A DNA stretch of 59,661 nucleotides from Squalus acanthias (GCA_030390025.1 JASTWF010000321.1:496001-555661); one strand, 5' to 3'; counted from the stretch's first letter, positions 47,275 through 59,325 are shown. Made by a program: numbers and translations. Notes: a model not told the origin generated them from the sequence alone.

Positions 47275-50238
47275 TTAACGGACTAGGCGGACCAGAAATA
47301 GCCGTAGACGTTTAGCTCTCTGCTTGTGACCGGAAGGCACGTCTCCCCGGACCGTGTCCTGGTCCCTGGGTCGCTTGGCCCGTACCGGTAAGTCAGTAGA
47401 GTCCGCGTCATCTTGATCATCCTGTGGAGGACTGGGAATATCATGACTCCGGGTGCGGGTCCCCACAGGTGCTGAGCTGGCCTCATCCCGGGTCGTGGCT
47501 GGAGATTGTCCGGCGTCCTGGTTTCGGGTGGCCATCCTACAGGGAGCGTCCAGCTCCCTGAGTTGATCCGGTAGCGTTGCCGGCAGATCCCCCGATGTCC
47601 CAAGCGGGGCATCATTTTCATAGGGGTGCGGAGTGTTGATATCATTGTCGGGGGATCCTTCATCATTCGGGCCCGTGTGACCGGTTGGGCAGGGAGCCAG
47701 ATCTCGGAGCGAGACGGTGGTCTCCCGGCCATCAGGGTACCGTACGTGCGCATACGTGGGGTTTACCTCCGTTAACTCCACCTCGTCAACGAGAGGGTCG
47801 TTTTTGGCAGACCAGACGAACCTCCGGAGTAGCACCGGGCCTGGAGCCACCACCCATGACGGTAGAGACGTCCCACGTGTAGAGCGACGCCGGAATTTGA
47901 AGAATCGCTCATGAGGCGTGACATTAGTAGACATGGAGAGAAGAGACCTGATAGAGTGTAACACGTCGGGGAGCACCGTTTCCCACTGCTGGTCCGGTAG
48001 GTTGCGTGACCTTAGTGCCAGACGGACAGCGTTCCAGATGATGGCATTGTATCGTTCAACCTGTCCGTTACCGATTGGGTGATATGGTGTCGTCCTACTT
48101 GAGGCGATTCCCCGTTGGGAGAGATAACTTTTAAGTTCACTCGACATAAAGGAGGGACCCCGATCAGTGTGGATAAAATTGGCCGTCCCGCAAAGGGAAA
48201 AGACCTGATCGAGGCATTTAATTACCGTAGAGGTAAGCATATTAGGGCAGGGGAAGGCGAAGGGAAAGCGTGAATACTCGTCCACCATCGTAAGTAGGTA
48301 GGTGTTCCTTGTCGACGAAGGCAATGGCCCTTTAAAGTCTATGCTGAGCCTCTGCATAGGCTGCATTGCATGTATGAGTAAGCCATCTGATGGGCGAAAG
48401 AATTGTGGTTTCAATTCTGCACAAATCCTACAGGAGGAGCATGTTTTCTTTACGTCCTCGGTTGAAAATGGTAGATTTTTGGAGCGCACAAAGTGCAACA
48501 TGCGGGTCACACCAGGATGGCATAAGTCCATATGCAAATCCGCCAGAGTCGACGTTGACATTGAGGAGCAAAATGCCCGTGTGAAGGTATCTGGGGCCAC
48601 GTTCTGTTTGCCGGGTCGGTAACGGATAGTATATCCAAAGGCAGCCAGCTCCATCCTCCAGAGTTGAATTTTATTATTTTTGATTTTCGTGCGCCTCCGG
48701 TTATCCAACATGAAGGCCACAGAGCGCTGGTCAGTTATAAGCGTAAAATGACGCCGAGCAAGAAAATGACCCCATTGGCGTACAGCCTCGATGATGGCCG
48801 TAGCCTCCTTCTCGACGGGGGGGTAATGGAGCTCGCTACCCTGCAAGGTTCTGGATAGGAATGCCACGGGTCGGCCACCTTGATTCAAGGTAGCGGAGAT
48901 CGCCACCTCCGATGCATCGCATTCGACCACAAAAGGAAGATTTTCGTCAATGGAGCGAAGCGTGGCTTTCTCCAGCTGTCGTTTGAGGAGGTTGAAGGCA
49001 GAAATAGCCGTAGCTTCCAATGGAAAAGACTTCGCATGGAGCAGGGGCTGTATTTTATCGGAGAAGTGTGGTATCCATTTTGCGTAATAAGCAAACATGA
49101 CAAGTGCCCGACGAAGAGAGCCGAGGTTCGTCGGGGGAGGGAGCTCCTGAAGTGGACGAAGTCGCTCTGGGTCTGGTTTAATAACACTGTTGCCCACCCA
49201 GTAGCCAAGAATGTTCACCGATGGCACCGACTTCACCGATTTGGATTCGTTTAACGTTAAGTGGCGACGGTGGAGTACGTCAAAAAATCTCTGAAGATTG
49301 GCGTCATGCTCCTTTTGATCATGGCCGGCAATAGTGATATTGTCTAAATACGGAAAGGTATCCGTCAAGTTCTCTTGCCGGACTAGGCCATCCATGGCCC
49401 GTTGGAAGACGGCCACCCCATTGGTGACCCCGAATGGAAGGCGGCGAAACTGGAAAAGCCGACCATTGGCCTCAAAGGCCGTATACTTCTTGTCGGAGTC
49501 TTGCAGTGGCACCTGATGGTACGCGCTTTTTAAATCGAAGGTCGAGAATACCTTGTATTTGGCAAGGTTGTTGACCATGTCATCTATGCGTGGCAGCGGG
49601 TAGGCATCCAGATCGGTATATAGATTAATAGTCTGCGAATAATCGATACACAGACGGTTTTTATGTTGTTTTAAGGGATTCCTCACGATGACGACCTGAG
49701 CCCGCCAGGGAGATGAACATGGCTCGATAATATCGTCGACTAAAAGGCGAGAGATTTCCGCCTCAATAAACGCTCGATCGTCTTGGCTAAAGCGCCGCGA
49801 TTTGGTGGCTATGGGTTTACAGCGGGGGGGAAGATTGGCAAACAGGGAGGGTTCACCGAGTAAGGCCGCCGAGAGTGCACAAAACGGCACCTTAGAAATG
49901 GTAAGCTCCGGCCTTGACCCTCCAAACTCAAAAGTGATCTTCTTGTGCTGCTTCTGGAAGTCCTGTCCCAGAAGCACATCGCTGCATAAGTTTGCGAGTA
50001 CTCCGAGCCGGGTGGAGAGATACGTGCGGCCGTTGAGGATGAGGTTGACCAGACAGAAGCCAGAAGAATTGGTGGTCAGAGTCGTCAGAGCCATTGCAAT
50101 CTCCCTGTCCGAGGGATAAATGTGCAGTTTTAACCTGTTGACAGCCCGCTTACTAATGAAGCTGTCAGAGCTGCAGGAGTCGATTAGCGCGCTTAGAGTG
50201 TGCCCATTTACTGCAACCTTCGTGGCTGCATGGGACAA
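47275..50238 (-). CDS. Gypsy pol region (protease, RT, RNase H, integrase), 987 aa open
   Basis: LIDSCSS; RLCIDY, DLKSAYHQ, LPFGV, YLDN; ECDAS, EKEA, ITDQ; H..H..C..C, SIDFKGP, HTDRG, NGQVER. No chromodomain visible. Confidence 0.93.
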   Translation of the reverse strand: MSHAATKVAVNGHTLSALIDSCSSDSFISKRAVNRLKLHIYPSDREIAMALTTLTTNSSGFCLVNLILNGRTYLSTRLGVLANLCSDVLLGQDFQKQHKKITFEFGGSRPELTISKVPFCALSAALLGEPSLFANLPPRCKPIATKSRRFSQDDRAFIEAEISRLLVDDIIEPCSSPWRAQVVIVRNPLKQHKNRLCIDYSQTINLYTDLDAYPLPRIDDMVNNLAKYKVFSTFDLKSAYHQVPLQDSDKKYTAFEANGRLFQFRRLPFGVTNGVAVFQRAMDGLVRQENLTDTFPYLDNITIAGHDQKEHDANLQRFFDVLHRRHLTLNESKSVKSVPSVNILGYWVGNSVIKPDPERLRPLQELPPPTNLGSLRRALVMFAYYAKWIPHFSDKIQPLLHAKSFPLEATAISAFNLLKRQLEKATLRSIDENLPFVVECDASEVAISATLNQGGRPVAFLSRTLQGSELHYPPVEKEATAIIEAVRQWGHFLARRHFTLITDQRSVAFMLDNRRRTKIKNNKIQLWRMELAAFGYTIRYRPGKQNVAPDTFTRAFCSSMSTSTLADLHMDLCHPGVTRMLHFVRSKNLPFSTEDVKKTCSSCRICAELKPQFFRPSDGLLIHAMQPMQRLSIDFKGPLPSSTRNTYLLTMVDEYSRFPFAFPCPNMLTSTVIKCLDQVFSLCGTANFIHTDRGPSFMSSELKSYLSQRGIASSRTTPYHPIGNGQVERYNAIIWNAVRLALRSRNLPDQQWETVLPDVLHSIRSLLSMSTNVTPHERFFKFRRRSTRGTSLPSWVVAPGPVLLRRFVWSAKNDPLVDEVELTEVNPTYAHVRYPDGRETTVSLRDLAPCPTGHTGPNDEGSPDNDINTPHPYENDAPLGTSGDLPATLPDQLRELDAPCRMATRNQDAGQSPATTRDEASSAPVGTRTRSHDIPSPPQDDQDDADSTDLPVRAKRPRDQDTVRGDVPSGHKQRAKRLRLFLVRLVR

Positions 50239-50241
50239 ACT

Positions 50242-51215
50242 TTAGGGAAAAACAGCCGTGATGGGAGGAGGGGCAATTTTCCCTTCGGCAACTGTAGCCT
50301 TAACAGTAGTTCTTGGGGGAGGAGCAGCTCCATAGATAGCAGCTGTGAAGCTAACAGGAGCTCTCGACCGGTATACTTTAGAGGAGCGGCCTTTCTTGTG
50401 AGCAAAGGCCCGTGACTGGCATACCTTGGAAAAGTGTCCTTTCTTGCTGCAATGATTGCAGGTCACATTACGAGCCGGGCAAAATTTTCTGTGATGGCAC
50501 GCCCCTCCACAAAAGAAACACTTTCTTCCTGATTGCCAGGATGCTGCTAGGGCGGGGTCGTCATCAGCGAAGGCCTCTAGGGTAGGGTCGTCGTCCGTTA
50601 GAGTAGAGTCAACATCAGTGGGGGCATCCGCCCGAGACCTACCGAAAGACTCATTAAAGGAGATAGCCGCCGCCCGTGCACGTGGTGGGAGATAAGTGTC
50701 TGCACTTTTCTTGGCCAAGTCCAAGGAACACGCCTGGTCATAAGCAGCCCGTAAATTGAGGGTTTTATTTTCCAGCAGGCGCTGACGTATAAAAGGGGAC
50801 GCGATTCCATTGATAAAGGAATCGCGGATTAGTTCCTCTTGATACTGTTCAGCTGTAACTGCTTTAAGGTTACAATCCTTGCTGAGCCTGCGAAGTTTCT
50901 GGAGAAATTCATCGAGTGATTCCCAGGCTGCTGCCGAGTTGTGGCCAGTAGGTGTCGAGCAAATATTTCATTTGGGGACTTGACATATAGCTGCTGTAAG
51001 ATTTCGATAGCCGTGTCATAGACTATACAGTCCTCAATATAATCATACACATGAGGAGACACGTAGTTGATAAGCATTCGTAACTTATTTGGGACATCCG
51101 CCCCACATTCTTCAAGAAAGTTGCTAAAGGTACGAAACCAATGCTTCCATACCTTCGCTGCCGCAGGTGCATTCGGGTCCAGGTCGAGACGAGCGGGTCT
51201 AAGGAGTTTCTCCAT
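50242..51215 (-). pseudogene. Gypsy gag with two CCHC zinc knuckles; 1-bp frameshift at ~50922-50924; ends at a TAA in frame with pol
   Basis: MEKLLRPARLDLDP...WKHWFRTF. Adding one G restores QQPGESLDEFLQKLR...IRQRLLE and runs into CFFCGGACHHRKFC and CNHCSKKGHFSKVC. Confidence 0.85.
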
Positions 51216-51315
51216 GATGGATAAGTTTCTTGCCCTAGTTCCCTTCTGTGGTTCGAGTTGCAGCTGGTTGTTCCGAATCACCCAAAGCGTGGAGACGATA
51301 TCAAGTTGATTAAAT

Positions 51316-51530
51316 TGACGTAATAAAGACTCACTACGCACTTGAACATAAAGCAAGGCTTTAATCAACTTGTAACAAAACATGGAGGTCTAGTTAGCAG
51401 TCACTAGCTTCCTGTTTCCAGATTGTCTCTGCCCAAGGTGGGCCCATGCCTGAGTATTTATACTCCCTGGACGGCGCCCCAGCTGGCCGCCCAGTAGTAC
51501 TTCCTGAGTTGTTACTTGCGATTTATGACA
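51316..51530 (-). repeat. Gypsy 5' LTR with TATA box and poly(A) signal
   Basis: Minus-strand TATAAATA at 51455-51462 and ATTAAA at 51360-51365. Confidence 0.95.
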
Positions 51531-52083
51531 GGGATGTTCGCTGATGATTGCACAGTGTTCAGTTCCATTCGCAACTTAAGTGGCAAGTAACATTCACGCC
51601 ACACAAGTGCCAGGCAATGACCATCCCCAACAAGAGAAAGTCTAACCACCTCCCCTTGACATTCAATGGCATTACCATCGTCAAATCCCCCACCATCAAC
51701 ATCCTGGGGGTCACCATTGACCAGAAACTTAACTGGACCAGCCACATAAATACTGTGGCAACAAGAGCAGGTCAGAGGCTGGGTATTCTGTGGCGAGTGT
51801 CTCATCTCCTGACTCCCCAAAGACTTTCCACCATCTACAAGGCACAAGTCAGGAGTGTGATGGAATACTTTCCACTTGTCTGGATGAGTGCAGCTCCAGT
51901 AACACTCAAAAAGCTCAACACCATCCAAGACAAAGCAGCCCGCTTGATTGGCACCTCATCCACCACCTTAAACATTCACTCCCTCCACCACCTTAAACAT
52001 TCACTCTCTCCACCACCGGCGCACCGTGGCTGAAGTGTGTACCATCTACAAGATGCACTGCAGCAACTCGACAAGGCTTCTTT

Positions 52084-54162
52084 AGAACATAGAACATAGA
52101 ACAGTACAGCACAGTACAGGCCCTTCGGCCCTCGATGTTGTGCCGAGCATTGTCCGAGACCAAGATCAAGCTATCACACTCCCTATCACTCTGGTGTGCT
52201 CCATGTGCTTATCCAATAACCGCTTGAAAGTTCCTAAAGTGTCCGACTCCACTATCACAGCAGACAGTCCATTCCACACCCCAACCACTCTCTGAGTAAA
52301 GAATCTACCTCGGACATCCCTTCTATATCTCCCCCATGCACCTTATAGTTATGCCCCCTTGTAACAGCTGCCTCTACCCGAGGAAATAGTCTCTGAACAT
52401 CCACTCTATCTATCCCCCTCATCATCTTATAAACCTCTATTAAGTCGCCTCTCATCCTCCTCCGCTCTAACGAGAAAAGCCCCAACTCCCTCAATCTTTC
52501 CTCATAAGACCTCCCCCCCAAACCAGGCAGCATCCTGGTAAATCTCCTTTGCACTCTTTCCAATGCTTCCACGTCCTTCCTATAGTGAGGTGACCAGAAC
52601 TGCACACAATATTCCAAATGTGGTCTCACCAAGGTCCTGTACAGTTGCAGCATAACCTCACGGTTCTTAAACTCAAACCCTCTGTTAATAAACGCCAACA
52701 CACCATAGGCCTTCTTTACTGCTCTATCCACTTGAGTGGCAACCTTCAGAGATCTGTGGATATGAACCCCCAGATCCCTCTGTTCCTCCACGTTCCTCAG
52801 AACCCTGCCGTTGACCTGTAATCCTTATTCAAATTTGCCCTACCAAAATGAATCACCTCGCACTTATCAGGGTTAAATTCCATCTGCCATTTTTCGGCCC
52901 AGCTCTGCATCCTATCAATGTCTCTTTGCAGCCTACAACTGCCCTCCACCTCATCCACTACTCCACCAATCTTGGTGTCATCAGCAAATTTACTGATCCA
53001 CCCTTCAGTCCCCTCCTCCAAGTCATTGATAAAAATCACAAACAGCAGAGGACCCAGCACCGACCCCTGTGGCACACCGCTGGTAACTGGTCTCCAGTCC
53101 GAAAATGTTCCATCCACCACCACCCTCTGCCTTCTATGAGATAGCCAGTTACTTATCCAATCGGCCAAATTTCCCTCTATCCCACAACTCCTTACTTTCT
53201 TCATGAGACGACCATGGGGAACCTTATCAAACGCCTTACTAAAATCCATGTATACGACATCAACTGCTCTACCTTCATCTACACACTTAGTTACCTCCTC
53301 AAAGAATTCAATCAAATTTGTTAGGCAAGACTTACCCTTCACGAATCCGTGTTGACTATCCCTGATTAAGTTGCCCCTTTCCAAATGGTCATAAATCCTA
53401 TCCCTCAGGACCTTTTCCATTATCTTACCAACCACCGAAGTAAGACTAACCGGCCTATAATTACCAGGGTCATTCCTATTTCCTTTCTTGAAGAGAGGAA
53501 CAACATTCGCCACTCTCCAGTCCTCTGGCACCATTCCCGTGGACAGTGAGGACCCAAAGATCAAAGCCAGAGGCTCTGCAATCTCCTCCCTTGCCTCCCA
53601 AAGAATCCTAGGATATATCCCATCTGGCCCAAGGGACTTATCGACCCTCAGGTTCTTCAAAATTGCCTAAAACATCTTCCCTCAGAACATCTACCACCTC
53701 CAGCCTATCCACCTTTATCACACTCTCATCCTCAAGAACATGGCCCCTCTCCTCGGTGAACACTGACAAAAAGTATTCATTCATCACCTCTCCTATCTCT
53801 TCTGACTCCATGCACAAGTTCCCACTACTGTCCTTGACCGGCCCTACCCTCACCCTGGTCATTCTTTTATTTCTCACATAAGAGTAAAAGGCCTTGGGGT
53901 TTTTCTTGATCCGACCCGCCAAGGACTTCTCATGCCCCCTCCTAGCTCTCCTAAGCTCTTTTTTTAGCTCATTCCTTGCTACCTTGTACCCCTCAATCGA
54001 CCAACTGAACCTTGTTTTCTCATCCTTACATACGCTTCCTTTTTCCTCTTGACTAGACATTCAACCTCTTTTGTGAACCATGGTTCTCTCACTCGGCCAT
54101 TTCCTCCCTGCCTGACAGGGACATACCTATCAAGGACACGCAGTAATTGCTCCATGAAAAAG
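52084..54162 (-). mobile_element. CR1 LINE, 2.1 kb, frameshifted RT region
   Basis: ORFs 53638-54060, 52797-53660 ([18 protein letters not shown]) and 52255-52791. (TTCTATG)n tail. CTTT duplicated at 52080-52083 and 54163-54166. Confidence 0.93.
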
Positions 54163-54484
54163 CTTTGACAGCACCTTCCAAACCCGCGACCTCTACCAGC
54201 TAGAAGGACAAGTGCAGGAGACGCATGGGAACACCATCACCTTCAAGTTCCCCTCCAAGTTACACACCATCTGATTTGGAGATATATCACTGTTCCTTCA
54301 TCGTCGTTGGGTCAAAATCCTGGATCTCCATCCCTAACAGCACTGTGGGAGTACCTTCTCCACAAGGACTGCAGCGGTTCAAGAAGGCGGCTCACCACCA
54401 CCTTCTCAAGGGCAATTAGGGATGGGCAATAAATGCTGGCCTTGCCAGCGATGCCCACATCCCAGGAACAAATAAAAAAAACCT

Positions 54485-55720
54485 CTCTCTGGGTTGAATT
54501 TTATCTGTCATGTGTCCGCCCATTCCATTAGCCTGTCAATGTCTTCTTAAAGTCTATTGCTGTCTTCCTCACTGTTTACTATATTTCCAAGTTTCGTGTC
54601 ATCTGCCAATTTTGATATTGTGCACTGTACCCCCCAGGTCCAAATCATTAATGTATATCAAAACAGCAGTAGTCCAGTATTAAACCTTGGGGAAAGCCAC
54701 TGTATACCTCCCTCCAGTCCGAACAACAGCCATTCACCACAACTCTGCTTTCTATCCTTTAGCCAATTTTGTATCCATGTTGCTACTGCCCCTTTTATCC
54801 CATGGGCTTCAATTTTGATAAAAAGCCGAATATGTGGTACTTTATCAATCACCTTTTGAAAGTCCATGTACACAACATCAACTGCACTGCCCTCATCCAA
54901 ACTCTCCGTTACCTCATCAAAAAATTCAATCAAGATAGCCAAACACAATTTGCCCTTAACTAATCTGTGCTGGCTCTCCTTTATTAGCCCACACTTGCCC
55001 ATTTTCTCCCGAATTATTATTTCTAAAAGCTTCCCCACCACCGACGTTAAACTGACTGGCCTATAATTGCCAGGTTTATCCTTCTCCCCTTTTTGAACAA
55101 GGGTGTAACATTTGCAATCCTCCAGCCCTCTGGCACCACCCCTGTATCTAAGGAGGATTGGAAGGTTGTGGCCAGTACCTTTGCAAAATCTACCCTTACT
55201 TCCCTCAGCTACCTAGGATGCATCCCATCGTTCCGGGTGACTTATCCACTTTAATTACCGCCAGCCTTTCTAGTAGCTCCTCTTTATCTATTTTTATCTC
55301 ATCCAGTATCACAGCATCCTCCTCGTTTACCATAGCTTTGGCAAAGTCCTCTTCCTTGGTAAACTCTGATGCAAAGTACTCAGTTCGTACCTCCTGCTCC
55401 ACCAATAATTCTCCATTTTGGTCCCTAATCGGCCTCACTGCTCCTCTGACAACCCTTTTACTGTAATATCCCTATAGAAGACCTTTGGATTCCCTCTTAT
55501 GTTAGCTGCCTATCTATTCTCGTACTCTCTTGGCCACTCTTATTTACTTTATCACTTGTCCTCTGTACTTTTTCTTCTCAGCCTGATTCTCCCTTGTTAT
55601 TTCAAGCTGACATCTGTCATGTGCCCCCTTTATCTGCTCCATCCTACTCTCTAACTCCCCAGTCATCCAGGGAGCTCTGGCTTTGGTTGCCCTCCCTTTC
55701 CCACTTGTGGGAACGTATCT
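54485..55720 (-). mobile_element. Older degraded CR1 fragment
   Basis: [30 protein letters not shown], and KFADD-like remnants. Confidence 0.8.
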
Positions 55721-55815
55721 AGGGAGGGAAAATGCTAGAATCTATTATTAAGGACGTAGTAATGCAGGGCACTTAGAAAATAGTAATATGATTGGGCAGA
55801 GTCAACATGGTTTTT

Positions 55816-56241
55816 GAGATGCTCCTTAAAACCTACATCATCTGTCCTTATATCTCCTCATGTGACTCGGTGCCACATTTTGTTTGATAACACTCCTGTG
55901 AAGCAAATTGGGTCATTTTACTATGTTAAAGGCACTATATAAATGCAAGTTGTTGTTGCTTTAGTGGTGTTGGTAGAGAGATTAACATTGGGCGGGATAC
56001 CGTGAGAGCTCCCTGCTCTTTTTCGAATAGTGCCATGGGATCTTTTATATCCACCTGTGAGGGGAGATGAGGAGTTGGTTTAATGTCTATCTGAAGACGG
56101 CACCTTTAACAGTGTAGCACTCCCTCAGTACTGCACTGGAGTGTCAGCCTGAATTACATGCTCAACTCTCTGGAAGGGAATGTGGACCCACGATCTTCTG
56201 ACTCAGAGGTGAGAGTGTACCAACTGAGCTACAGCTGACAC
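55816..56241. mobile_element. L2-type 3' tail (+, ~55816-55958) adjoining a partial DeuSINE (-, ~55965-56241)
   Basis: The tail matches 59160-59325; the SINE part matches 10000-10276. Confidence 0.75.
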
Positions 56242-56709
56242 ATGATCCTGGAGTTAGGTTCTGGAATACCACACTTGCCTCTGGTTTAATGTGTAATATA
56301 TGTGGGCAGAACAAACGAAAGAACAGAGACAGGATGAGTTGTTAGTCAAGGTGCTTGTTTACTAGGCCAGAATGAACTGAGCATGCTCATACTAAACATG
56401 TGACAAACCATGTGATAATACATTACCTAATGCAAACATCGACTCCTTCCTATCGCCCAAAGAGTGTCCCAAGGAATTAGGGAGTAAATTTCACGTAAAT
56501 TCAAAGGTCACAGCACCACATGGCTGTGTGAGGAAGAGACACAGGCAGAGAAGGAAAAAAAAACAACAGGGTTAGCAAAGTAGTCTGTGTGATTGTCTAT
56601 GGTTTGGGGTTTACGGGTATCAGCTTAGCTCGGATCAGAGCGCACAATGTAGGCATTGTAAGAATATCGATATGTTTTTGCATTACTTGTGTTTTTAAAC
56701 ACCGACAAA

Positions 56710-58212
56710 AAGAAATCAAGAAACGGCTGAGTGCACTAGATCCAGCAAAGGCTATGGGCCCCGACAACATCCTGGCTGTCGTGCTGAAAGACTTGTGCTC
56801 CAGGACTAGCCGCCCTTCTAGCCAAGCTTTTTCCAGTACAGCTACAACACTGGCATCTACCCGACAATGTGGAAAATTGCCCAGCTATGTCCTGTCCACA
56901 AAAAAAGGACAAATCCAACCCAGACAACTTTTTCTTTTATTCATCATGGGATGTGGGCGTTCGCTGGCAAGGCCAGCATTTATTGCCCCATCCCTTACTC
57001 ACCAATAACCTGCTCTCAATGTCAGTTTAGGTTCTGCCAGGACACTTGGTTACTGACCTCATTACAACTTAGTCCAAACACGGAAAAAAAAATCGGATTC
57101 CAGAGGTGAGGTGAGAGTGACTGCCCTTGACATCAAGGCAGCATTTGGACGGAGTGTGGTATCAAGGAGTCCTAGTAAATTGAAGTCAATGGGAATCAGG
57201 GGGAAAACTCTCCACTGGCTGGAGTCATACCTAGTACAAGGAAAATGTCAGGCATGACCTACCTTTCACAATCCATGCGGGCTCTCTCTGATCAACTAAA
57301 ATGTTCAAGGTGTTCAGTCACCCTATCCTTAATTAAGACTCTAGCAATTTCCGACAACAGATATTAGGCTAACTGTCTATATTCCCTGGTTTCCCTCTCT
57401 TGCCATTCTTAAATAGAGGAGTGACATGCTTATTTTCCAATCTAAAGGGACGGTTCCTGAATCGAGAGAACTTTGGAAGATTATAGTTAGGGCATCTGCA
57501 ATGTGCTCACCTACTTCCTTTAAAAACCCTGGGATGGATACCACTGGTCCTGGGGATTTGTCACTCTTTAGTGCCATTATTTTCTTCATTACTGTTAATT
57601 TTATCGAGTCCCTGTCCCCGATTCAATATTAGTTTCTTTGGATTTCCAGCATGCTATCCTCTATTCTACTGTAAATACTGTAGAATGGACATGGTGTGTG
57701 GTTGTTGGAGGTCAATCATCTCAGCCCCAGGACATCGCCCTGCAGAGTTCCGCAGGACAGTGTCCGAGGCCCACCCTCTTCAGTTGCTTCATCAATGACC
57801 TTCCCTCCATCATAAGTTCAGAAGTGGGATGTTCACTGATGACTGCGCAGTGTTCAAGTTCCATTCGCAACTCCTCAGATAAAGAAGCAGTCCATGCCTG
57901 CATGCAGCAAGACTGAAAAACTATCAGGCTTGGGCTGATCTAAGTGGCAAGTAACAGTTGCGCCACACAAGTGCCAGGCAATGATATCTTCAAAAGCGAA
58001 TGTCTAACCAACTCCCCATGACATTCAATGGGATTACCATCGCCAAATCCCCCACCATCAACATCCTGGGGGTCACCATTGACTAAAAACTTAACCTGGA
58101 CCAGCCACATAAATACTGTGGCTACAAGAGCAGGTCAGATGCTGGGTATTTTGTGGCGTGTGTCTCACCTCATGACTCCCCAAAGCTTTTCCACCATCTA
58201 CAAGACACAAGT
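56710..58212 (+). mobile_element. LINE-B fragment interrupted by a minus-strand CR1 piece (~57245-57680)
   Basis: AKAMGPDNI, SCFINDLPSIISSEVG, NTVATRAGQ. The CR1 piece MALKSDKSPGP resembles 42560-43010. Many single-base indels. Confidence 0.8.
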
Positions 58213-58599
58213 AAGGAGGGATAGCATGCTGGAAATCCCAAAGACACATTAACCAACTTTTTTATCATGGCAATCGCTCGATTGGGCTGAATGTTCTTCA
58301 TGTGTACAAACAATGATCCAATCAGATTCATAAATCACTAAAAAGTAGTGACGCAGCATAACAAAGCCATAAAACATGCAAAAAAGCATTGGGGCTGAAT
58401 TCTAGAGGGATAGATTGAACAGGGGAGTTTCAACTTGTATGGATCCCCTGGTTAGATCACACTTGGAGGATTTTGCACAGATTGGTCTCCAGAAACCCCG
58501 ATATACAGCCAGTCTATTCGTGTGTTAACCATGAATCAGGTCAGAGCACATTTCCTGAGATGTTTTATGGTGGTCCTCCCCAGCATCTGTCTGAGGCTG

Positions 58600-59325
58600 A
58601 ACCAGACTGTTCACAACCTGGGGGTCATATTTGACCCTGAAATGAGCTTCTGACCACCCTATCCACGCCATCACTCAGACGCCAATTTCCACCTCCATAA
58701 CATCGCCCAACTCCGCCCCACCTCAGCTCATCTGCTGCTGAAACCCTCAGCCATGCCTTTGTTAACTCATGACTTGACTATTCCAACGCAATCCTATCTG
58801 GCCCTCACAATTCTCCCCTCCGTAAACTTGAGGTCAGACAAAACTCAGCCGCCCCGTGTCCTAACTCGCACCAAAGTCCCGTTCACCATCGCCCCAGTGC
58901 TCGCTGATTAATTGGCTCCCGGTTATGCAAAGACTCAATTTTCAAAATTCTCATTCTTGTTTTCAAATCCTTCCATGGCCTCGCCCCTACCCGAATCTCT
59001 CCAGCCCCCAATCCTCCTGCGCTCCTCAAATTCTGGCTTCTTGAGCATCTAGATTATAATCGCTCAATCATCGGTGTCCGTGAATTCAGCTGCCAATGCC
59101 CTAAGCTCTGGAATTCCCCCCCCCTAACCCTCTCCGCCTCTCTATCTCTCTCCTCCTTTAAGACGCTCCTTAGAACCTACCTCTTTGACCAAGCTTTTGG
59201 TTCATCTGCCCTAATATCTACTTGTGTGGCTCATTGTCAATTTTGTTTTATAACGTTCCTGTGAAGTGCCTTGGGATGATTTACTACGTTAAAGGCACAT
59301 ATAAAACAAATTTTTGTTGTTGTTG
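58600..59325 (+). mobile_element. L2 LINE 3' fragment
   Basis: Remnants of NLGVIFDPEMSF, FHLHNIAQLRP, AETL.HAFV...LDYSN and LWNS; ends in (TGT)n. Confidence 0.8.

Larger units (their letters stand above)
47022..51530 (-). mobile_element. Full-length Ty3/Gypsy LTR retrotransposon (4509 bp)
   Basis: Two 215-bp TG...CA LTRs. 5-bp TSD GGGAT at 47017-47021 and 51531-51535. Domain order gag-PR-RT-RH-IN. Polypurine tract AGGGAGGAAGAA on the minus strand at 47237-47248. Confidence 0.97.
46265..54480 (+). mobile_element. Independent LINE-B copy with intact 3' end, split by the Gypsy element and a CR1
   Basis: MGPDNIPSVVLKTCAPEL...NYRPISLL...[20 protein letters not shown], then FADD after 51535, then the 3' end CACCACCTTCTCAAGGGCAATTAGGGATGGGCAATAAA. 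Confidence 0.9.
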
